From Eledone cirrhosa (Eukaryota): a stretch of 64,000 nucleotides of DNA. The DNA is taken from contig OZ024740.1 of NCBI GenBank assembly GCA_964016885.1, forward strand, positions 364,932,001-364,996,000, read 5' to 3'. A model generated the notes under the pieces. It made no database searches and was not told the DNA's origin. It saw nothing but the letters and a program-made list of their open reading frames with translations. Below, piece after piece: positions 10,540 to 24,206 of the stretch; the first letter of the stretch is position 1, and each line of letters begins with the position of its first letter. Both the position numbers and the translations under genes were made by a program.

Positions 10540-12634
10540 ATATATATGTCTAACCCATGCTAGCATGGAAAATGGACGTTAAACGATGATGATGATGATG
10601 ATGATCATCATCATCATCATCATCACCGTTTTACGTCCGTTCTTCCACGCTAGCATGGGTTAGACGGGTTGTCCTGTTGTGGGCAGTGTCTGGTCGGCTG
10701 ACTATGCCTTGCTCATACAGGAACTGATTCTGACTTGATTTCTACAGCTGGATGCCCTTCCTAACATCAACCTCATTTACAGTGAGTGCTGGGTGCTTTT
10801 TCGTGGCGCCTACACGTCCACTTTACAGTGTGGGCTGGGTGCTTTTTTGCCGTGGCACCTCCACGACCACCTTGCAGTGGGGGGTGTGGGAGAATATTGT
10901 CTATATGCTTCAGCTTGTACCCATGGGAGGTCGGGTACTCTGTATATATATATCATCATCATTTAGAGAGATTAAATATGTATGTATGTGTATATCCATA
11001 CATATAATCTAATGCCACGTGCAATTTCTTAAAGAACCAAAGATTTAATAAAATGCTTTATTTCATCGTATGTTTATATATTCTATATAAAATGTTGCTT
11101 AAAAATGAAAGTGCAGAAAAAATTTAACTAGATAATTATATATCTATATCTATATATAATATATATATATATAACTATATATATGTATGTATATATGTAT
11201 GTATTATATATGTAGGTATGAATGTAAGTATGCAAATAAGTGTGTATGTATGTTTAAAAGAAATATTGTTCCTGCAGTTATAATATTAATGTGCAATACT
11301 ATTGATGGCAGAACACGGAGATACAAATGATAAAGGGTGTCTTTTATTGTTCTATGGATTTAGTAATTCCTCTGGAAGTTCTATTGTAAAATATTCACGT
11401 TCAGTCTTTTCTGAAGAATTGTTAAAGAATTTGGTGCATGATTTTATAGTTCACATTTCATATTCAGATTACCAGAATGTATGTATGTATGTATATGTGT
11501 ATGTATGCGTGTATGTATGTGTCTGTGTGTGCATATATGTATGTATGTATATATGTATGTATGTATGTGTGTGTATATATATGTATGTATGTGTTTGTGT
11601 GTGTGCATGTCTGTATGTATGTGTGTGTGTAGGCATGTGTGTGTGTGTATGGATAGACACATGCATGAGTGTATGTATGTACGGATACACGTGTGTATGT
11701 ATATATATGTATATATATATATATATATATAGCTGAGTGGTTATGAAGTTTATTATCAACCATGAGGTTCTAAATTCAATCCCACTGCACGGTTTCTTTG
11801 CCATAGCCATGGGTTGGCTCAAGCCTTGTAACATGACGTCAGGTCAACAGAAACTGTGCAGAAGGATTGTACCTGTAATTCAAAGGTCTAGTTTTATCGT
11901 GCAGATCTGGCTTGTGTTGGATGGGTTGTCACAATCTGAGACCACAGGGGAGCAATTTGAATATTCAAGGGGGGCAATTTGAAAATGATGTTAATGAGAG
12001 CAAACTTCAGGTTTTATCTTATCAATTTTACACCTAGGCAACTTTGGAACAAATTACTGTCAGAAACTACTGTCTCCCCTCCTCCACATGTTATTGTGCA
12101 TCACCCATACGCCAATTTGTTTACACTTTGAAGCTGATCATCGCTGTTTTTATATCAAAGTGGGGCATAAAAATGTTTGAGATGTTGAGGTGGAGCATGG
12201 GGCATAAAAGGTTGGGAACCACTGGACTAGATGCATGGGAGCGACCTATCTTGCTTATAGGTTTTACATCTAGCATGGTCTCTAGGCCTGGATGTCCTTT
12301 CTAACACCATGCTACTTTATAGGTGTGTACTTTATTAGTATATAGATATTTTGCATGGGCTATCAGTCCTTTCTTGCTCATTGTAATATCTCAAAGGAAT
12401 TACTCTCAGTTAATTTTGGAATATTATATATAACTAGAGTATACATGGGTGACAAGTTATCAGAGTGGATTAAAAATAGATAAGCAGTTTCCTACATGCA
12501 AATAGGTAGATCGCCCAATTTTATTTATCTTAAACTATATTTTGTTTTAATTATGTGTATTTTTATACACAGGTCAATGGGGCCCTTTGCTTAAGCACAC
12601 TTAAGCACAATGGTAAATCCAGCACTGGTCCCTC

Positions 12635-12690
12635 CATACACATTTTGTAACCCCACATTTTGTAAGGTGCCCTGGTGGCAAATAAAGAAA
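12635..12690 (+). mobile_element. Very short 5'-truncated Tx1-family 3' end
   Basis: GCCCTGGTGGCAAATAAAGAAA matches the 3' terminus GCCCTAGTGGCAAATAAAAGAAA of the LINE at 4019-9744. Confidence 0.55.
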
Positions 12691-12929
12691 CATCTTGCAG
12701 CATTTATTCTGACTCTTTGTGTTCTGAGTTCAAATCCAGCCAGTACTAACTTTGCCTTTCACCCTAACAGAGGATTGATGAGATAAAGTACCAATCATGT
12801 ATGGAAGTAATTTAATCAACCCCCACCCTACCAAAAAAATTACTGATTGTGTTTCTTAATTTAGAAACCATTATTATTATTTTTTTTTTTTCCCATCCTA
12901 TGATAAATTATGTTCTAAGCACCAGCTTG

Positions 12930-13126
12930 CGAGGGTCAGATGAAAAGTTCATAGGCTGACTATGAAAGAGTGATGAAAGCTATGAAATCTTGCATGTGTT
13001 AATTTCAACTCTTCTTATTAATAACTGCATTGCTTCTATCCAGGGATTCTGTTAAAAAATAAACCTCATTCAGTCATTCCATGAGAGTATCTTGGTCACC
13101 CTATGAACTGCTCAGCCAACTCTCAT
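12930..13126. mobile_element. Tc1/mariner-like MITE; second copy at about 26614-26799
   Basis: Imperfect terminal inverted repeats GAGGGT..TGAAAAGTTCATAGG / CCTATGAACT..TCAGC..ACTCTC and a shared internal sequence in both copies. Confidence 0.55.
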
Positions 13127-15670
13127 AATAATGATAAAGTTAATAATATTACTAAATCATGTTTGAAATTCATAGGCTTTAATTAGAAATAAAGTAGTAA
13201 AAGAGTTAATCCTTTTGATACCAAAATGTTTGATATCAGAAACTATTTCATCAAAAACTTTCATCAAAATTTTTTTATAAAGACATTTATTAAGATATTT
13301 TTCAAGTACCAGCTGAACTCTCAGCGTGCAGTATCACATCAAACCACATGAGCAAAACCTTCTTGAAAAGTACAAAACAGAACATATGACTCCATCACAT
13401 TAAAAATTAAAGTCTTTACTCTAATACAGCAAATTTTCACAATCACATGTTCACCAGTTAAACTACTATAAACATTTGAATTAATAAACTCATTGTTGGA
13501 TATTTTCTACTAAATCCTCACAGGAAGTTAAGAATTAATAATGAGAAAGTTAGTTATATTAATTGACCCCTTCAGATATTTGTTTGTTTACAAAATTATT
13601 TGAAAACCACAGGCAGGGACTTTCATTAGAAATGTAGTAATGAAAGGGTTAAAATTAAATTCTTGAATCTACTTTAACCCATAATGATTCTTTGTTCACA
13701 CTTTTCTAAAATTTGAAAGTCACTTTCTACACTTGGTTTTAAAAGATTTTAAATTCTTTTATCTGTAATCAAGCAGCCAAATTAAAGCTCTATAGAATTT
13801 TATTTTATGTCAACACAAACAGGAAGTTTGTTTTTCAAAAGCTCTCTGAATTTGAAAAGCTCTTTTTTTGTTAGGCTTTCTTCCCAATCTCTAGGACATG
13901 CAACAAGACTGCTAAATTTCTTTTTACATTGAACACTGACAACAGTGACTTTAAAAAACACTCGAATGAAACAAAAGTATCAGGGAATTTCTGATAAGAT
14001 GCCAGGTATTCTCATATTAGGCAGAATTCATATTGTTTATAATGAACTAAATTGTTTTATCGTTAGGTTTTTGAGAAGGGATTTAAGTTTTAATGAAAAC
14101 AAAAGAAATCATCTCAATATCAATTTCTTTTCTGTTGTGTTTTGGCATCTTGCTGGTAATTATCATAGTGAGGCAAGTATTTGGCTTTCAGTTTTATGTG
14201 TAAAAGAAAAAAATGGATGTTATATAATCCATTAGGCAAATTGTACTGTTCCATAAATGTTGTTCAGCAAGACACATCATAACAGTTTGATGTCCATCTT
14301 GTTTTACTCTCCTTACTCGCTTTATATCAGATAATGCTCACAAAGATATTTGGCTATTTCAATGCCTTAGCCTCACTATTTCATACATATACTCGTGAGG
14401 GTGCTTGGCTATTCCAGCACCTTAGCCTTGCTATCACTCATGACAATGCTGTGAGTGCCTTGGCTTACTTCAAAAGTTATTCAGTGTGTATGTCTTCTCC
14501 CACCTTTTGTTTTCTTTCTTTCCTTCTTTTTTCTTTCTTTCATTCATTCATTCTTTCTGTTTTTCAGTCTTTCTTTCTTTTTCGTTTTCTTTCTTTTTAC
14601 TTTGGTTACTTTCTTTCAGAAAATTGTTAATCTATGGATATTTTATGTACTTAAAATTATTTTCTATCCTTCTATAGAAAAGCTGGTGACAACTATTCAG
14701 GGAAGGCAACTCCCTTGTCACTACAACTGGCCCCTAGCTTTTGTTGAGACTGTGAAGGTTTTTGAAAAAAGAATTCATGGTGTTGAGTATTTCTTGATAT
14801 AAATATGGTGATATGTCTTAGTGCTTTTCATTGTGACTAAGTTATCATTTCTTCATTTCAAGATATTACTCAGATCTCAAGTCATAGTACATAGTCATGT
14901 GTGTGGAGGAGGTGTCTAAGCTGTCTGGAAATAATCTCACAATGGTAAATATTATCAAGGAATGAACAGATATCATTTGCATATCAGTGTGGCTTTTGTA
15001 AAACTGTTTAGCTCATTAACGTGTAAAAGAAAGAGAGTGCAGTGTTTCACTGCACACTGTGGTGCACCAGAGTTTATAGAGTATTTGGGACTTAAATATT
15101 ATTCCAGCATAAGCCATATAAGGCAGAAACTAATAATTAATAAGATGAAGCATGAATAGATTTCACTAGGAAGTAGCTTTACTAGAAAGTTCTTGTTTCA
15201 GACAGGATTCAAAATTTTGCTAATATCAAGAACAACATTTCTTTTTAAAAAGCAACAGACAATCAGCTTAGGGAGTAGTATGGTATATATCTTCACCTGA
15301 TCTGGCAATATAGAAACTGTATTTTTGATACTTTAACTCTTAATGTCCTGTACTGTATGAAACCACCCTACATAGGTTAAATGTGAGTTTATTAACCTGT
15401 TTTTATACCAAACCACCTGAAACCACCCTGGTTCTATAATACAAGTCTTTATTTTAAAGTATTCTTATTTATCTAAAAACTTGCCATTATAATTTTATGT
15501 AAGAATCTTTGTTAAGTTGTGTTCCAAGCACTAGCTTAATAATGAGCAAGTTAATTATGTTATCCCTCCAAATTCTCGATTGTTTTCTTGAAATCCATAG
15601 GCAGCGTCTTTCATTAAAAATAAGATAATTAAATGATTAAACATAAGCATGTAAATTTATGATTTATCCA

Positions 15671-15710
<40 letters not shown>

Positions 15711-15861
15711 AAAAAGTATGACCCCGACGGCAGAGCTCAAGTCGTTTCGATGGCTATTTTTTCTTATTTCTCACTCTACTACCCTAAGTATTGAGTACTC
15801 TGGTGCGTTATGGTCCATCTGGTTCCTTACCACAATTCCTTTGTTATATATCATCATTCCA

Positions 15862-16199
15862 TCATCATCATTCCATTTTACGTCCGCTTTTTCCCTGCTT
15901 GCAAGAGTGGGACGGGAACTGGTTCTGGCTTGATTTCTACAGCTGGATGCCCTTCCTAACACCAACCTCATTTACAGTAAGTGCTGGGTGTTTTTTTGCC
16001 GTGGCACCTACACGACCACTTTGCAGTGGAATGATAGGGACCCCAGCCCTATCATCTCATTTCTACAGCTGAGTAAACTGGAGCAATGTGAAATAAAGTG
16101 TCTTGCTCAAGGAAACAACACATCACCCGGTCTGAGAATTGAACTCACAACCTTTCGATTGCAAGGCCAATGCTCTAACCCCTAAGCCATGTGCCTCCA
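15862..16199 (-). mobile_element. SINE family A
   Basis: Reverse complement of the 10204-10539 family. Confidence 0.85.
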
Positions 16200-16689
16200 T
16201 ATATATATATGTGTGTAGATATACACACACCTACATTTATCACATGTGTGTAAAGATACAGTTGTACATTAATGTACATATAAGTACACTTATTTAGAAA
16301 TCTACAATCACACACACTCTGAAATTGGATGTAATTATATCTGCAGACCTGTACCTGACTTCCTTATCTGCCAGCACTTCCCAATTTATTCTGGATGTTG
16401 AGCTAGGCCTGCAGGTTTTGTGGGGTTCTCTTGGCTTTAGATAATTTGGAGATAACTAGACGGTGATCAGTTGACAGCTCAGTCCCTCTCTTAACATGAA
16501 CATCCTGCACAGAATCGAAGAGATCAGGGGCAATAATAAAATCAATTATTGATATCTGTCCCCGATTCACTAGTTATTACTAGAACAGAAGTCTAATAAG
16601 ACCTCACCATTCGTTTTGGGATTTGGATCACCTTTCCTTCCAATTACCCCTTTCCATGTCAGGTAGCCTGGGCCAACATGTGTATTGGA

Positions 16690-17521
16690 GTCTTCCATTA
16701 GGATATATAACGTAGTCATAACTACATCTAATGCAGCAATGATGTCATCAAGGAAGGATGTGTATTTGCAGATGACATGGTACTACTTAACTCATCAGAA
16801 GGTGATCTCTGACATGCACGTAATAGATTTACTGCGTTGCTGGAATGAAAATTAGTGCTGCGAAAACTGAGATACTTGTCCTCTCAAGGAAACTTGTGGA
16901 GTGCACTCTACATGTGAGTAGAGTTCCACTGAAGCAGGTGGAGAAGTTTAAGTACCTCAAGTGATGGATAAGAGGCTGAATTAAGTGCAAAATCTGCAGG
17001 AGCAGGTGCAGTAATGTGCCAGCTTCAGCATTTGGTCATCAGAGGAAGGGAGATAGGTGTAAAAGCCAAACTTACTAAATTTAATTCAGTAATCATGTCT
17101 TACCAGTAATCATGTCAACCCTTATGGTCATGAATCTTGGGTAATGACCAAATGAATATGATTGTGAATACAAGCAGCCAAAATAGGGTTCCTCCAAAGG
17201 GTCTTTGGAGTAACATTACTCAACAGTAATTCAGAAATCAGAAAGTCTCTCCAGGTAGAGCCTCTACTTGTCCAAATTAAGAGATCCCAGCTCAAATATT
17301 ATGGATTTGGAGTTAGGATGTCTCAGGAAAGAATTACAAAACCAACCGGCAGGAGACTCAGGGGTAGAGGTCAAGCAAGATGGTTGAATAACATCCATGA
17401 GCTTAGTTGGTCCTGCTTGGGGATCCAGCCAGATTAATTGGAGACGTTTGCTTCTGACTGGACCTGCTGGAAGGCATGCTTGAGGATTCTGTCCCCACAA
17501 CCCTCTCTGGAATAAGTGGGT
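16690..17521 (+). pseudogene. Decayed RTE-like LINE 3' fragment ending in (GAA)n
   Basis: Residual frames give FADDMVL, AKTE, KQVEKFKYL and YGHESW, with many stops; followed by the (GAA)n tail. Confidence 0.65.
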
Positions 17522-17619
17522 GAAGAAGAAGAAGAAGAAGAAGAAGAAGAAGAAGAAGAAGAAGAAGAAGAAGAAGAAGAAGAAGAAGAAGAAGAAGAAG
17601 AAGAAGAAGAAGAAGAAGA
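17522..17619. repeat. (GAA)n microsatellite
   Basis: Seen directly. Confidence 0.97.
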
Positions 17620-18207
17620 CAAACACATATACTAGTATTTAGATAGAACTGCTGATATCTACCATGTTCATCATGTCTACTATATTTATCATGTATATTG
17701 TATATTATGTTGTTATCATCATCATTTTAGTTAATGTCTGTTCTCCATGCTTGCCTAGTTTAGACAGATCTGCATGGCTTCATCCATCATTATACACACT
17801 TTAGAAAGATACGAGAACATTATATATTCCATCTGTAACTGAAATTCTGACTTTATGGATGGATGCCCTCCCTAATGCCAGTGATATTATAGCTATATTT
17901 AAGTTTGCACATGCACACACATACGCAAACACATATAGCAAACACATACAAAGTTATGTTTGTATATGCATGAAGATATGTGTGTTTGTTTGTAAACAAT
18001 TAAACATGTGTGTGTGTGTGTGTTCTTATCATCGTCATCGTTTTCACCTCTACTTTTCCATGGTGGTATGAGTTGGATGAGATGTTTTGAGACAATGTTT
18101 TACAGCTGGATGTCCTTCCTGACTACAACACTTTAGGTCATCTCCTATGACACACAGGGATGTGGTGTAACTATTCTAGAAACCAGTATACACATGTGTA
18201 TATATTA

Positions 18208-18690
18208 TGTCGTCAAGTATGAAATTTGTAGAAATTTGTTTATTTTACTACAAATTTCTACAGATTTCATACTTGACAACCCAATATATATATGATTAGA
18301 AAGTGGTAGTGGAATTTGAAAATTGAATTGAATTAGTAACTATGTTGTATGCTTTTAACTACAGAAAATAGTCTAATAATAACAGGGTGTATAAGCCCCT
18401 AGAACAGAAATAAATGGGTATTAGTTAATACCCATTTATTTAAATTCTAGGGGTTATATGCTCTGTTATCATAAAGTTATATCTGTATAAATATAGAGTG
18501 TGTAATCAAGACTGCAACAATGCGCATATAAATATGCGCATGTTTTAATATGTAGACATGTAAACAATGAAATTTGTATTTTCTGGCATGTTTACATGTC
18601 TACACGTTAAAAAAATGTATATATTTGTATACACATGGTTGCAGTCTTGGTTACACACTCTATATTTATACAGATATAACTTTATCATAT
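18208..18690. repeat. Three consecutive fold-back (inverted-repeat) units
   Basis: Hairpins at about 18211-18278, 18376-18470 and 18469-18688; for example ATAAAGTTATATCTGTATAAATATAGAGTGTGTAA pairs with TTACACACTCTATATTTATACAGATATAACTTTAT. Confidence 0.8.
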
Positions 18691-19005
18691 ACATCAGCTG
18701 CTAGTGCACTTCTTAATATAACATTCATATTGTATAATAGGCTATCTGACTTACAGACATACACAGACATACAGACATACTGATTTCTGTTTATTTGCCA
18801 CTAGGGCACAAAAGAAAGGGACATGTACATGGGTGGGGGGAGTTTACATAAAAATCGAGTAAGAAAAATATAACAAGCAAAATAATAACAAGAAGGTCCT
18901 CAATACGGAGGGATCGTTTTGGGGTCACACACACCCCCGAAAAAAAGTGTGCGACCCTTCTCCACGGGAGCACAAAGAGAGGGTGCTCCCTTCTTTCTGT
19001 TCCAC

Positions 19006-22000
19006 CTACAGGCTGAGGTAGAGAGAAGGCCCATTCACACGGGCCATTCTCGCAACTTTCACCCACCTTTCATAAAACTGGCTGGAGTGGAGCACCTCTC
19101 TCTCCATCCTGATCCTTCTTCCGAAATGGTATCGGAAGAAAAGGACCAGTTGTTGGCCGGAGAGAAAGTTGTCCGACCTCAGCCCTTTCAGACGCGTCCA
19201 CCATATAGCCTCTTTTACCATGGCTATTACACAGAGGAAGACCGCCTCTCCTTCATTTTTGAAGGGGGAGGCGGCTTGATCGTTACAATGGACTCGGTGG
19301 TCAACCTAATTGGTCCCACCCGTGACAGCAGTTGTTCGACATAGCCCCACAGATCGGCAACGCCCGGGCAGTGCACCAATGCGTGCGCGACGGTTTCCTC
19401 GTCGCGCACGCATCTGGGACAGATCTTTTTCGAGGGGTCCCTACCCGGGCGCCTGTGTCTGTAGAGCTTATCCCGAATGGGCAGCGCCCCTCGGTAGCAC
19501 TGCCAGGCCAAGGACTTCTGGAAGTTGTCCATAGGTCCCGGGCCGAAAGTCCTACCGAATAGACTGGCCAGTTCGTCCTCCTCCATGCCTAGGGCTTCTC
19601 CGAGGGCGTCGTCGCACCCGCTAACCACCAGCCCTCTATAGAATGACGAGGTGGAGTCTCCGTCGATAGCCGGGTCTGCCTGCCAGAGAGCCGTGAGCGC
19701 CTGGGCACACTCGGTGTGCCAGTCGCCCAGTTTTCTCGGTCTTTGCTTCACCCAGGACTGCAGCTCGGTGAGCGAGACGAGCCTCGGGAAGGCTCGCCTC
19801 ACAAACGGGGCCCACACCGGTTGACCAGTGAGGAATACGTGGAGGTGCCTTAGCCTCAATGCGTGTTTACGCATTTTTAGCCACGGCATCCCCAGCCATC
19901 CTTTCAAAGGGTGTTGACAGCAGATGGATCTCCTCACCAGAGGAAACCTCTTCTTCCAAAGGAAATAAAAGAGGGCGCGCTCCATTTTGGCGAGGATCTC
20001 ACCCGGGCAAGGCACGACAGTCAAGCGGTAATAGATGACGGACGCTATGTAAGCGTTCGCCACCTCCGCCCGACCTTTTAGGGATAGTTTGCACTCGGCC
20101 CACTTCTGGGTCAGTGCAAACACCCTATTCGTCACCTCACCCCAGTTTTTCTCCACCTGGAGGTCCGGTCCGAACCAGACCCCAAGCAACTTCACCGGGC
20201 CCTCCGTCCACCGTCCGACGATACCGTCGCACGACATCGCTTTGCCCCTCCACTCGCCGAGTTGCAAAGCGACTGACTTGTCCCGGTTCAGCTTAGCCCC
20301 TGTCAACCTTTCGTACTCCTCTAGTAAGGTGCCGATTGCCTCGATTTCCGAGGTGGTCGACACCATTACTGTTACGTCATCGGCGTAGGCCGACACCACT
20401 TTGCGCAATCCCGGTTCCAAAGGGATGCCCTGCAACAACTCCAACTTCCGCAGTAATGGCTCGAGAGCCAACACATACAGAAGGGAGGAGAGAGGGCACC
20501 CCTGTCGGATGGAGCGGGTGATTTCGAACGGCTCCGAAAGGTAGCCGTTCACCTTGACTCTAGAGCAGATGCGGCTGCTGTGCATGGCAGTGATCCAGCC
20601 CCTGAAAACGGGTCCGAACCCAGCCACCGCTAGCACTGCATCCAGGTAACCATGGTCCACCCTATCGAACGCTTTAGACTGATCTAAATTTATCAGGGCC
20701 CCACCAAAGCCGGGTTCGTTCCCAACCCTCTCTATGATGTATCGCATGAGGTGGAGGTTGTCGTGGATGGACGTGGATGGGATAGCGCATCTCTGCGCAT
20801 CTCCCACCAGGCCCCCCACGACAAGCGCCAACCTCTTCGCTAACACCTTCGCCAAAATCTTTAACTCTGCATTTAGCAGAGTTATGGGCCTAAAATTACT
20901 AATGTCATCCCCCTTGTTCTCGTCCTTCCTCACTAGCGAGACTACGCCCTTGGTCACAGAACAGGGAATTCTCCCGTTCTGTTGCCAGTTGCAGTAGACC
21001 GCCTCGAGGAGATCGGGGAACAAGTCCGGCATATTAATATATAGTTCGTAGGGCAGACCATCGAGTCCTGGAGATTTGCGTTTGCCGCATAGGCTCAGCA
21101 CGTCCCCTATTTCAGCTGCTGAGATCGGCCCGTCGCAGGACCTCACCTCCCTGTCCGAAAGACGCGGCAGGCCGTCGAGGTATGGACCGAAATCCACATC
21201 TCCAACCGGCTCCCCGCCCCTCCCGAACAATTGGGCAAAGTGCCTTTGAAAGGCCTCGCACATTTGCTTAGGTTCAAGGATCACCCGTCCATCCTGGTCT
21301 CGCAAAGACCGGATAGTGGATTTAATCCCACTTTCGTTTCTGTCACGCGGGCCCAGCTAACAGCTTTGGTCCCCTCGTTTCCCAGAGCACGTATTTTGCT
21401 TCGGACAACGCAGCCCTCGTGTTTCGCGTCGAAGAACTGGTTCAAGACCGTTCTCGACGCTTGCACTCTGGCCACGTTGCCGCTTCTCATTGCCTCTTCA
21501 ACATTAACTACCAACTCCCTTTCCTTCCTATTTCTATCTGAGGCTAACTCCTTACTAACTCCTATTGAAACTACTCTAATCTCTCTTTTTAGAGAGCCCA
21601 CCACCTGTTGTTGACGATGGCGCCCGTCAACTGCTCCTTAACTAAGGTTCTAATCCGGTCCCTGTAAGCTCTACTTGCCGGTAAGGACAAGTTGAGCTTC
21701 CAGTAACCGGGCCCCTGCCTATGCGTTCTATCAAGGTGGACTACGCAGGTCACTAACTTGTGGTCTGAATAGCCCACCATGAGCATTTCTGGACAACTTA
21801 AAAAGTCCCTATCCTTAATTCTAACTAAGAACCTATCTAGGTACGATCTAGATTGACCACTGTTATTTGACCAGGTCCAGGTTGGTACAGTCGGAAAATC
21901 TAGTCGGTATCTATCGGCCAGGTCGAATCGGCCGATTAACCCCTTAAGGCTGTTACACCCCCCTCTATCGAGACATGCCCCTACATAGTCCCAACGTGCA

Positions 22001-22440
22001 TCTAGGATACCATTCCAGTCCCCCACTAAAAGCAAGGAGCGGGACGTCCCTAGAAAAGTCTCCAGACGATGGAAGAAGTCCGACCGCATTGCCCCAAAAG
22101 GGGCGTATACGGCGACAAGCCTAAAAGCTTCGCCTTCACCATTGCCAAGGTCCAGAACCACGAGTCGACCCTCCGGGTCCAAGTGTACCGTCTGTGTAGC
22201 AAGACCCAGATGTTTTTGCAGCAGAACGACAAGCCCACCCCCACCTCCAGGCTGACAGAGAGATGCGTGCATCTCAAAGTCATCAAAGGTGGGGGTTAGC
22301 TGTCGCATGCTGCTGATCCGGGCCTCGCAAATAACCATCACATTTACACATTGTGACCTGAGGTCACTTAGAAGTTTAGCTTGCTTCCAAGGTGAGCCCA
22401 GGCCATGCGCATTTAGACAACCTACTCTTAAGACAGCCAT
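19006..22440 (-). pseudogene. LINE ORF2 (APE-RT-zinc finger) broken by about 3 frameshifts
   Basis: Track ORFs 21589-22440, 21281-21604, 19227-21305 and 19006-19221 tile collinearly onto the intact ORF2p. Confidence 0.93.
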
Positions 22441-22463
22441 GTTGGTGGCAAAGAAAGAGGCAC

Positions 22464-24206
22464 TTACCTCTCTGCGTCCCGGGGTTCGGGTCGCTCAGTT
22501 TCCATGGGGCTGGTGGAGGGGTTGATGGGTGGGGTGGTGGTTTGTGGTGGTGTGGGGGTATTAGTGTGTGGAGGGGTTGGGATCTTTGGAGTTGTGTGGG
22601 TGTTTGAGGAGGCGAGGGGAAAACCTTTCAGGAGGACGCGGTTGAGTGGCCTGGTGCAGGGTGGGCCCACGTCCTCAGGGTAAATGTCTTTCAAAGTTTT
22701 GAAAATCTCAAGTGGGATTTTCACCATTTTCAGGCTAGGGAGCCCCATTGCCGTTACGAAATTCGGCCCTTCGGTTTGTATCGAAGGGTTGGTTTCTATT
22801 TTTAAAGTTAGGTTTTCATTGTTTTTGTTTATGTATGTGTAGAGTTTTTGTGTTGTTGTGTTTGTTTTTGCTTGTTGTTGTTGAGTGAGTTTGCGTTTTA
22901 TTGTCTGTGTTGTGTTGTCAGGTGGGGTTATTTTTGTTTGTGTGGTGTGTGTACGTTTTTTTCTTTTCACTTTTTGGAAGGGAGCCCCCTCGTCTTCCGA
23001 CGATATGAGCTCCTCTTCCATATTGGAGGGGAGGGGTATATCTCCGGGTTGTGTATGAACTGTTTTTGTATTTGTGTTCTGTGGGGTGGGGCTGGGTGGG
23101 ACCGTGTTTTGGGTTGTTTTCTTGAGCTGTTGTTGATGTTGTGGTGGTGGTGGTGGTGGTGTTGTTGGTTTTTGTTGTCGTTCTGGTGGTGATGGTAGTG
23201 TATTTTGTTGTTTTTGTGATGGTGGTGCTGGTTGTTTTTGTTGTTGTTGTGGTGTTTGTAGCAGTGGTTTTTTTGTTGTTAGTAGAGGGCAGGCCGTCCT
23301 CAGGTGACCTCTGCCAGCGCAGTGGTAACATGAGGGTCTCCTGCCTTCCACTGTGATATTTATGAAGGTTCGCCCATCCAGTAGCACTCGGTCGGGTATT
23401 CCGGAGATTCTCTCAGGTGTCATCTGTAAGAGAACCTCCAGACTTTTCCCCCCGAACAGTCCACTGGTGGACTCCCCTGCTGAAATGAGTATGTCCTTAT
23501 CTAGGTCGGTAAATCCTGTTAGGACGGACCAGATGTTAATTTCTGGCGTAGGGCTCCACATTCTTATCCTTTGTGTTCTTCTTCCTTTATATGTGGGGAA
23601 GAAGGTGTATTGTGGTGACACTATAGGTGCCACCGAATATTTCTGAGCCAGCATTTCGTCCTTCATTCGGACCATAATGCTGGCATACAGCTTTCCTTTT
23701 TGAATAAAGAGTATGTCCTTTTTAATGTCTTTCAGAACCAGCTCAATTTGACTTTCGGTCAATTGCGCTGGCTTTCTCGTTTCGTTGGTTATGGTTCTGT
23801 AGGTTACGGTATTCTTGTAAATCTGTTGACGCACTTCTTCTGGGGAGTTGATCGTAAAAGAACCATCCTCCCCAAAAGATACGTATTTTCTAGCCTCTAG
23901 CAAATTTTCCTTAGCGTTCGTGATGTCAATGGGTTTGTATTCCGTGGCTTTCCTGAGTGTTTGGGCAAAAGAAATTTTGTTGTCTGTGTTTGTTGTTGTA
24001 ATGTTGTTGGTTTCCTTATTTGTGGTGTTATTTTTTTCTTGAAAATTAATTTTTTCATTTGAATTAAAATTCCTTTTTTTTTTCATTGGAGAGGAGGGGC
24101 TTTTCAACAGTTTGAACTGTTGTTCCCTCTTTCCCGCTTGTTTTTTTGGTCGGCGTAGCGTTCGCTTCCAATATGGCGATATCGTTTTCGACGATAACGT
24201 TATCAA
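22464..24206 (-). CDS. LINE ORF1p
   Basis: Knuckle CYHCAGRGHLRTAC; shares TFINITVEGRRPSCY and the C-terminal RDAER with the first ORF1. Start uncertain (first ATG at about 24086). Confidence 0.85.
   Translation of the reverse strand: MITLSSKTISPYWKRTLRRPKKQAGKREQQFKLLKSPSSPMKKKRNFNSNEKINFQEKNNTTNKETNNITTTNTDNKISFAQTLRKATEYKPIDITNAKENLLEARKYVSFGEDGSFTINSPEEVRQQIYKNTVTYRTITNETRKPAQLTESQIELVLKDIKKDILFIQKGKLYASIMVRMKDEMLAQKYSVAPIVSPQYTFFPTYKGRRTQRIRMWSPTPEINIWSVLTGFTDLDKDILISAGESTSGLFGGKSLEVLLQMTPERISGIPDRVLLDGRTFINITVEGRRPSCYHCAGRGHLRTACPLLTTKKPLLQTPQQQQKQPAPPSQKQQNTLPSPPERQQKPTTPPPPPPQHQQQLKKTTQNTVPPSPTPQNTNTKTVHTQPGDIPLPSNMEEELISSEDEGAPFQKVKRKKRTHTTQTKITPPDNTTQTIKRKLTQQQQAKTNTTTQKLYTYINKNNENLTLKIETNPSIQTEGPNFVTAMGLPSLKMVKIPLEIFKTLKDIYPEDVGPPCTRPLNRVLLKGFPLASSNTHTTPKIPTPPHTNTPTPPQTTTPPINPSTSPMETERPEPRDAER

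Noticed and set aside
14676-14802. Possible host coding exon after a long polypyrimidine tract
   Set aside because: No recognisable protein motif, no convincing donor and no partner exons; insufficient support.
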